Positions 55,701 through 64,000 of a stretch of 64,000 bases of DNA are shown piece by piece. The first letter of the stretch is position 1, and each line of letters begins with the position of its first letter. The notes under the pieces were generated by a model. It did not search any database. It was given only the letters and a program-made list of their open reading frames with translations, and was not told where the DNA came from. The DNA lies in contig OX597816.1 of the NCBI GenBank assembly GCA_951406725.2, forward strand, positions 27,466,001 to 27,530,000. Direction: 5' to 3'. The translations under genes and the position numbers were made by a program. The stretch comes from Octopus vulgaris. Its lineage: Eukaryota.

Positions 55701-56514
55701 GTTTTTTGGACACACTGCGTTCTGGTTAAATTTTTATTACTCACTCCAGATTTTTCTCCAAAACGAATCTATATCTTTATGAAGGAAAGAAACTTCATTC
55801 AAGAAGAAAACTTTCGTGACATTTATTGATTGTCTTTCATGTCTCCGTAAAACACGAGTCGGCTTCGATTCAATTTCATGTTTGTTTGATCTTTTTTTAT
55901 GCAGCTATATTTATTTTGTTTCAGAGTTTTACACTGACAACTTTTAACACTGACAGTGATTTATACTCAAATATTCTCTGTTTTAAAAAATAAAGCAGAA
56001 TTTTTTTTCTAGTTTCACTTTCTCTGGCTGTGGTGAATATAGATATTTGTATGTTTACATATGATAACCATCGCCACATTACCGACAGTCTTCTGTAGGC
56101 CTACGATCTATTCTCCACTTTCCAAATCTACGATGGAATTTTCTTATTGTTCTATTTTTGCGTACTTCTCTAAAATTCTCAGCTGTAGCGAATTTGCAAA
56201 AAAGTAGAAACATCACACTATTGTAAGGATTCACCTCAGATTTCTTTATTCACTGCTAATAGCAATTCAGTGATCTACTAGCAATGTTAGTCAAATGTAG
56301 TCTTTCTTTTAGCAGAAGTTATTAAGAGAAAATAGTCTTTTCTTGAAGCATTTCACTAATGATGTCTTTCAATTGTTTACACATTTCACTCTTTCAGAAT
56401 GTAGTATAGTTTGTTGTAGTCATTCCTACATTCAATGAGATTATGTTATACATGGTCAGGCTGACTGCGAGGTAACCTAACGGCAGCTGGTATGCATTCG
56501 TTTCTCACAAGCCA

Positions 56515-56925
56515 CTCTCTCTTTCTCTTTTACTTGTTTCAGTCATTTAACTGCAGCCATGCTGGAGCACCGCCTTTAGTCGAGCAACTCGACCCCGGGA
56601 CTTATTCTTTTGTAAGCCCAATACTTATTCTATCGGTCTCCTTTGCCGAACCGCTAAGTAACAGGTACATAAACACACCAGCATCGGTTGTCAAGCAATG
56701 CTAGGGGGACAAACACAGACACACAAACACACACACGCATACATATACATACATATATACGACGGGCTTCTTTCAGTTTCCGCCTACCAAATCCACTCAC
56801 AAGGCTTTTTGGTCGGCCCGAGGCTATAGTAGAAGACACTTGTCCAAGGTGCCACGCAGTGGGACTTGAACCCGGAACCATGTGGCTGGTAAACAAGCTA
56901 CTTACCACACAGCCACTCCTGCGCC
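56515..56925 (-). mobile_element. tRNA/CORE-type SINE, full length, short internal microsatellite
   Basis: Reverse complement of the 17457 family. Confidence 0.85.
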
Positions 56926-57381
56926 ACTGTCACTATAAAATTTAAAGTGCAGTTACTTTTACATTAATTACATTTTTAAAATCTAGTACCAAACAAGATT
57001 TGAAATATATGGAAGCACAAACTGATGGTGGATTTTCCAGATCATCTGTGGCAAAGATATTCCACCGCTTCCGTATTTTCATCGTTTGTGAGAGCATAAA
57101 GGTTTAATGTTAGAATGTTTTGGTTGCTTGCACGGCTGCGACCAACTTTGAAGTTCTGTCGGTGTCTACATACTGGAGTCTTGGCTTTGCCGTACTGGTG
57201 TGTCTGAAATATATCAAAAGGAAAATAGAAAGAGAATACAAATGTGGTCGGCAGCGAATTGAGGGCAGGTATGTAGTGTATATCCGTGTGTGTATGTGTG
57301 TGCGAATATATTTGTATATGTATATGTGAGTGTATACATACATAATACATACATATATACATACATGCATACATACATACA

Positions 57382-57414
<33 letters not shown>

Positions 57415-57419
57415 TTATG

Positions 57420-57898
57420 CATCGGCGACTAAACCGGCAACCCCACCAAGCTTGCTTGGTGAGGAGGGTGTTTATTGGTCACCCTGCGGGATGAAAAATA
57501 AAACCTTTCAAAGGGCGAAGGAACTCTTGAGAGTCAACGGCCATCTTAAAGCTGTATCATGCGCTGGGACATAGAAATAATCGGATTGAATACCCGATCG
57601 CACAGTTAAACCATTGGGAGTGAAGGACTCCTAGCCTTTGCCAGGGCATCCTTCTAGGAGAAGGCAACTCAGGTAACTGGGATAACTCCGACGTAAAACC
57701 TGCGGCTCAGTGGTTACCGATGATGTTGACTTGTTCTTCTTTTCGGATTATGGCTGCTGTTGCTTTGTGAGTGGGATTGATTCAGTGCACAGCCTTTGCT
57801 CACTTAAAAAAATATCTTCTTGCACAGGCATTGCACGATAACAACATTGATTAAGCTTCGTGCAATGGCCATACTCGATAACGAGGGGGCAGCCACCA
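57420..57898 (+). mobile_element. Long version of the (TATG)n-associated repeat; resembles an RTE-clade 5'UTR
   Basis: Continues past ggacatagaaataa into gggcatccttctaggagaaggcaactc...aaaacc, a block reminiscent of RTE 5' regions. Followed by (TATG)n. Confidence 0.6.
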
Positions 57899-58183
57899 TG
57901 TATGTATGTATGTATGTATGTATGTATGTATGTATGTATGTATGTATGTATGTATGTATATATGCGTGTGTATGTATGCGTGCGTGCGTGTGTATGTGTG
58001 TGTGTGTGTATGTCTGTGCGCTCGAAATGTGGAGTAGATAAACAGCCGACAACTGATGAAGGGTCGTACTTTATGTTACTTGTCTTGTTTTCCATCGTTG
58101 TTAGCAAAAAGTGCTTGTCTTCGTATGTCATGTTGTTTACGTTTTCCGACGTCCTGTACCCATATATGCATATATGCATATAT

Positions 58184-58303
<120 letters not shown>

Positions 58304-58310
58304 ACATACA

Positions 58311-58346
<36 letters not shown>

Positions 58347-58645
58347 TCATCATCATCATCATGTGACCGACCAGGCTATCAGATGTTGCTACGTATCGCT
58401 GGTCACAATGGGCTTCGCATTGTTTTAGCCTTCAAATGATGCCACCCCGCTGGCTAAGCGAGCAGGCCAACAGAAGAAAGAGTGGGAGAAAGAATGGTGA
58501 AAGAGTACAGCAGGGATCACCACCCCATGCCGGAGCTTCGTGGAGCTTTTAGGTGTTTTCGCTCAATAAACACTCACAACCGGGAATCGAAACCGCGATC
58601 CTACGACTGCGAGTCCGCTGCCCTAACCACTGGGCCATTGCGCCT

Positions 58646-58650
<5 letters not shown>
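58347..58650 (-). mobile_element. tRNA-Arg-like SINE, tail type B, with (GAT)n tail
   Basis: Reverse complement of 40632-40942. Confidence 0.85.
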
Positions 58651-58692
<42 letters not shown>

Positions 58693-58805
58693 ATGTATAT
58701 ATATATATTAGCATGTACATATATGTATGCATATATGTCTATATATATATATATATTTCTATTTATGTTATTATATAATTGAACCCCACGCTTCCATTTC
58801 CAAGT

Positions 58806-58878
58806 ATATGTATGTATGCATGTATGTATGTATGTATGTATGTATGTATGTATGTATGTATGTATGTATGCATACATG

Positions 58879-58948
<70 letters not shown>

Positions 58949-58953
58949 CCTAC

Positions 58954-59016
<63 letters not shown>

Positions 59017-59022
59017 CCTATG

Positions 59023-59088
<66 letters not shown>

Positions 59089-59144
59089 CCTATCTATCTA
59101 TCTATCTACCTATGTATCTATCTATCTATCAATCTATCTATCTA

Positions 59145-59206
<62 letters not shown>

Positions 59207-59210
59207 CATA
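58806..59210. repeat. (TATG)n-(TATC)n-(TC)n-(TA)n compound array
   Basis: Read directly from the sequence. Confidence 0.95.
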
Positions 59211-59611
59211 CAAATACACTCACACATGCATACACGCAGTCTATATTCTTTACCTTAAAGCTTATTTCAATTCTTATTCGTTGAAATTACTTACTAAGAA
59301 AGGTTTCTTCGTTTAAGTCAAGACACTGAACATGTGTGGCTGTGTGTATGTGGGTGAATTTACGTGGGTGTACAGCGGATGTACTTGATTTAATGTGATA
59401 GGTGTACATGTGTTTTCAGTATAGAGGTGCGTGATTTTTATTGCATGTGTTTCAATGATATATACGCACATGTAATGGTATATAGATGTTTTTTTTCTGG
59501 AAAATTCAAGTGGAGAATTTTTGGAATGGTTTATATATCATGATTGTAGCACTAATTGATTGGATCTAGAGGTTGTCAGTCAGTCTTCAAGGTATGTATG
59601 TATATATGTAC

Positions 59612-59677
<66 letters not shown>

Positions 59678-60479
59678 GTATGTATGTGTGTGTGTATGTG
59701 TGTGTATATATACACGTTTGTGTGTGTGTGTGTATGTATGTATGTATGCATGTATACATGTGTGTGTGTGTATATATGTATGTGTGTATGTATGTTCTGA
59801 AACTGGGAATTTCAAATTCCTCACCAACAGTAAAATCGCTTTCTTTGGAATTTAGACATCTGCTAGATAGTCTTGTATATATATATATATTTTTTCCCTA
59901 TTTTATTCTTTAATTTCTCACGGATTAAGAAAAACCGCATTTCTAGCCTAGAAAAATTAGGAACTTTCTCGGAATAGGAATAGCATATATACATATGTAC
60001 GTTCACACGCACTCATTTGGATTTTATTGCATACGTAATTTCTTGAACGTTTTACATATTTTTACGGTGACTTTGTAGCTTTAAACTTATAATTAGGCGT
60101 ATGTTTCGTATGTATGCATGAATATATGTATGTTGGTGTGTGTATATGTACGTGTGTATGTTTATTTGTGTATCGGTATTAGCACGCATATTTGTGCGTG
60201 CAAGCACGTGTGTCATTACATGTGTGGATATATCTCGATATATATGTGTGTGCATACATACATATGTTAGCATGTCTAGCTATGTGTAAGTGCTCCTATA
60301 CTAGGATAAAATTTTGGGGTTGTGTTACATATGGACACAATGCTATCAATGGGCTTGATATTGTAGTTTCCTAATTAGCTAATTAGCTGTATTCGTTCTG
60401 GTTTTGAGAAATAAAGTTTCCCAAGGTAGGTGACGAGGTAGGTAACATAGCCACATTGTTCAGTCGTTATAGGTATAAA

Positions 60480-61240
60480 TCTAAAGGCCATAGTTCGAGC
60501 GGAGAATCTAAAGACTTCTCATTAATTTCACTTAATTGTCTCCTTTTTCACTAATCTTTAAATTTATGATAGCATCTACTAACCAAATAGTGTCCCTACT
60601 GTGCAAAGATTCTTTACCCTGTCCAAAGACATTATGCCAGATACGTTAGTGTTGCGTTTTACCGAGATCCTGTCAGGAACATGCCCTCTTTCATCTTATG
60701 TGTGCTTATGCTGTCCACATCCCTGTAGCTTTTTATATTTTAACTTCAAGACATTCCTTTCTGGGCATTGTTTTGCACATTATTTGGTCCATAACATCAT
60801 AACGTTTTCAGACAGATGGTATTGATATGGCTGACATCTTTGCTGTTAATTCCATAGAATCTGCATCATTTGTTGACATCTAAATGTTTTGCCTTTGTGC
60901 AACAAATACATAGTTTATTTTCCTGTTTCTGAATTGCAAAAGCACCCTGAGGGGTTGGAACTTTAGTTATCAACATTGTTTTTTTACATTGAAGATGTTC
61001 GACAAAGTAGCTTTGTATGTTCTTCGTTGCATTAAAATTCATCAACATCTTTGAGTTGCATCCCTGGTCCTCTTTCCGGTAATGTTTCCCCCAGGAGCTC
61101 ATTTCCGATTCTCCTCATGTTGTCTACCTCTAGTATCGATACTTGATCTATAGGCACAGACGTTTGGCGGTTTGCAGATATTGTTAGAGCGATGTGATGC
61201 GACATTAAATGCTGTTTGAACCCGTTTACTTGTAAATAAG
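60480..61240 (-). mobile_element. Older decayed R4/Dong fragment
   Basis: Remnants EVDNMRRIGNELL and GAFAIQKQE parallel GSNIVLVGSEVL and GYVFAIQEQE in the neighbouring element. Confidence 0.5.
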
Positions 61241-61351
61241 TATGCGTATGTCTGAGTGTATGCATGTGTATGTATGTGTGTATATGTTATAGAAATACGT
61301 GCGTACCTATATGCATGCATGAATGTATGTATGTATATATGTATGTATATC

Positions 61352-64000
61352 ACTTCTAATTTTTAATTATTATAAATCTTCCACTGAAGAGGTAGCCGGT
61401 TTCCAACAAAAATACAAGGCTCCATCTTTGGGATGTAGTTAACACAGACAAATTCACATTTAGAACTTGAGAAAGGTCTTTCATATTTTTACTGTTCCAC
61501 TCACACACAGGCGCTCAATTTCTCTTTCTGAAAATAAATCATCATTGTAGCACTAATTCTCCCTTAAGCATTTACTAACAAGACCTAGTGCTCCAATTAT
61601 TATTGGTATCAATGTGTATTTATAGTCCGGATATAGAAGCTGGAGGTTTTGAAGCAGTTGAAAGAGATATTTATATTTGCTTGGCAGCTAACCTCTATGA
61701 TGGTATATACCTTTGCCCTCCTGTCCCAAACAACACTATCTGGCCTGTTATGCTTATATTTGACAGAAGTTTTGATGGGAATTTTCCACCAGTATTCCTT
61801 AAGTTGGTGTTTATGAATTTATTCCATAACAGAGGGATTTTCTAAATTTATTTCAGGACAGTCTTTTTTGCAGATTGTAAATTGTTTTACTGCCTGCCGC
61901 ATAGGGAGGTAGTACCGTGACAACATTTTAGGACAGGTGCTAATCACATGCGTAATGTCTTCAACAGAAACATGACATAGCCTACATATGCAGTTGCACC
62001 TTGGGATTACAAGAGCATCATAGTCTCTCTTATTCACCATGTATTTTGTGGCAATCTCCTGTTCCTGGATCGCAAACACATAGCCTTCAAAGTGTAATGT
62101 CATGTAGTAGTCTTGTGTCCAAGAGAGGCTGCGCTTCGTGTCAATTCTACTGTCTTCTTCAAGCTGCCGGGCAACATGCCCATGCATGTTCTCTTTTTTG
62201 TATGGTAAGTGCTTTTCATCCAGGTCTTCTCTGAGGTAAGGGAGCCCAGCTATTTTGGGGCTGTATAGGAGATCATCAGGAAGAAAGAGTTTTTTGAGGA
62301 CTTCACTGCCAACTAGTACAATGTTGCTCCCTTCCCTTTTCAGTACTCCATTAACATATTTTTGCTGCTGTTGCTTAGCAGGTGCTGCCTAAGTGATACC
62401 ATATGGCATTCGAAGGTCGTCTGCACTGATCTCAGGCCTCTACCACTTTCATTTCTTCTTAGGTAGAGCCTATCAACATCTCTGTTTCTGTGGAAGTTCC
62501 CAGTTGTTGTCAGGATTTTGCGGGTTTTGATATCTATGTAGTGGATTTCCTCTGCGGACCAATCAAGTATCCAAAATGTTGGGATCGGCACTGGTACTGC
62601 AAATACATTGTAGGATATTGTTTTGTTGTAAGAGGAAAGTTCAGACTGCCATATTTTCCTAAGCTCGATGTAATATTCTCGGGTCACTCTATCTTTATTC
62701 ACAGTGCCTTCATTTTCGTCTATGCCTAGGTACTTGTAACATTCTTTGTGTGGAATTGAGGAGATAGAGAAACATGTTTTGAATTTGGGGGAGTGACTCT
62801 CCTCGTTCTATAACCAAATATGAACATTTCTTCTGGCCAAATTCCATGCATATATCAGTTGAAAATGTTATTAATTCCAGTTGGTTTTGGCATTGTTAAC
62901 ACTTTTAGCATAAATCCTCAGGTTGTCTACAGAGAAATTATGAGTTAGATTGATATTTCTGGCAGTTGACGATCCTAACATGTAACCATTTGTTTTCTGC
63001 GGGAGGAACGATAATGAATTCAGTGCCAAAACGAAGAGAAGTACAGAAAGACTATCATCCTGGAATATATCCTTTGTAATGCCAATACTATTAGAAACAA
63101 TTATTCTGTTCTCAGCTGTAAGGTTAAGAATAGTTGCCCATTTCTTTGTGAGTCTCTCTATAGCAGCAATTAGAGTGGTAGGCGCTTCAACAGCCATGAG
63201 TGATGGATAGAATCAAATGCCTTCTTACTGTCACAAGGTTTCTGCGTTGTTTTCTTACTTCAGACAATTGTTCAGCACATCCTCACACTCCCTTATCTCC
63301 ACCAGCCTGTTTATCAGTCACAATGTTGTTCGACTCACAATGGTCCTGGAAGAATTGATTGAGACAACTTGTGTACAATTTGTACATAAAGTTTAGGCAA
63401 GCAATGGTCCTATAGTTTCCTGCCATTTCGGTGATTTAATTTTTGGCAACAAGATTTGTCCTTGCTGTAATAAGCCAATGTGGTGTATCAGTCTAACCTT
63501 CCATATTCCCTTTGAACAAACATATCAGTTGGTTTCTATAAAATGTCAGCTTCTCGTAGCAATATCCAACTATTAGGTTCCATCCAGGTACCTTCCCATT
63601 CTGCAGTTTACCTACTGCTATAGCGAAGGTTCCTGCATCTATTTTGTATGTTTTACTGTTAGTGTTGGTACAGTATTCTCTCTCAACTGTATTTAACCAT
63701 GATGTATTTATGTTGAAGTCCCTCTTTTCGTTCCAATTTTTTGATCAGAATAATTGCAGATCTTCTTGGGAGGAAGCTTACTTAATGGTAATATTTCCCA
63801 TCCCCATCTCTCTGTGTAATGCTTGTCTCAGTCTAATTTGGAGACACACTCGAATTTAGCAATGGCGGGAGGGGTGGTTTGTTTACATTATTTTTTACGC
63901 CGCTTCTGGCAGATTTTGACTAATTTTCAGTGTTTTGGGAGGATTGAGGACCAGTTGATTTTTTTTTCGTTTTACAAAAGATGCTTGCTGTCGAAGTTGC
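61352..64000 (-). mobile_element. R4/Dong-clade non-LTR retrotransposon (RT, CCHC, RLE) pseudogene, runs off the window
   Basis: Motifs NYRTIACLNFMYKLYTSCL, IFQDDSLSVLLF, HNFSVDNLRIY, DVDRLYL...GRGL, GYVFAIQEQEI, CRLCHVSVEDITHVISTC, NRPDSVVW and terminal GTVKI*KTFLKF*. The 3'UTR is followed by (CATA)-rich repeats. Confidence 0.9.

Noticed and set aside
58021-58160. Repeat with cgaaa...caactgatgaagggtcg (also at ~13910-14030) as a possible type-II hammerhead
   Set aside because: Stems II and III do not pair. It is a real two-copy repeat, but no ribozyme fold is supportable.

Overview
Eukaryotic, AT-rich and microsatellite-saturated intergenic or intronic DNA. It is most likely from an octopus (coleoid cephalopod); this is inferred from the tRNA-Arg-headed CORE-type SINEs, a Meta-domain-like SINE and the extreme (TA)n/(TATG)n/(TATC)n load. 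I see no intact protein-coding gene, and almost all ORF-track entries are microsatellite translations. The window is a mosaic of decayed LINEs (RTE, CR1/L2-type, two families of R4/Dong RLE-type elements), at least four SINE families and four Tc1/mariner relics (one is DD37D/maT). Most interesting: (i) two minimal type-I hammerhead-ribozyme loci of the kind carried by Penelope-like elements (29425-29483 on -, and inside a 176-bp palindrome at 42963-43138); (ii) a stack of co-oriented, divergent R4/Dong 3' ends embedded in (CATA)n arrays, suggesting a (CATA)n-targeting lineage; (iii) a ~230-nt almost fully base-paired element set in (TA)n at 34024-34250; (iv) a near-perfect 272-bp hairpin at 54558-54829; (v) a SINE that moves as a tandem dimer, shown by target-site duplications (TSDs). 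All structures were read by eye and coordinates of decayed elements are approximate.
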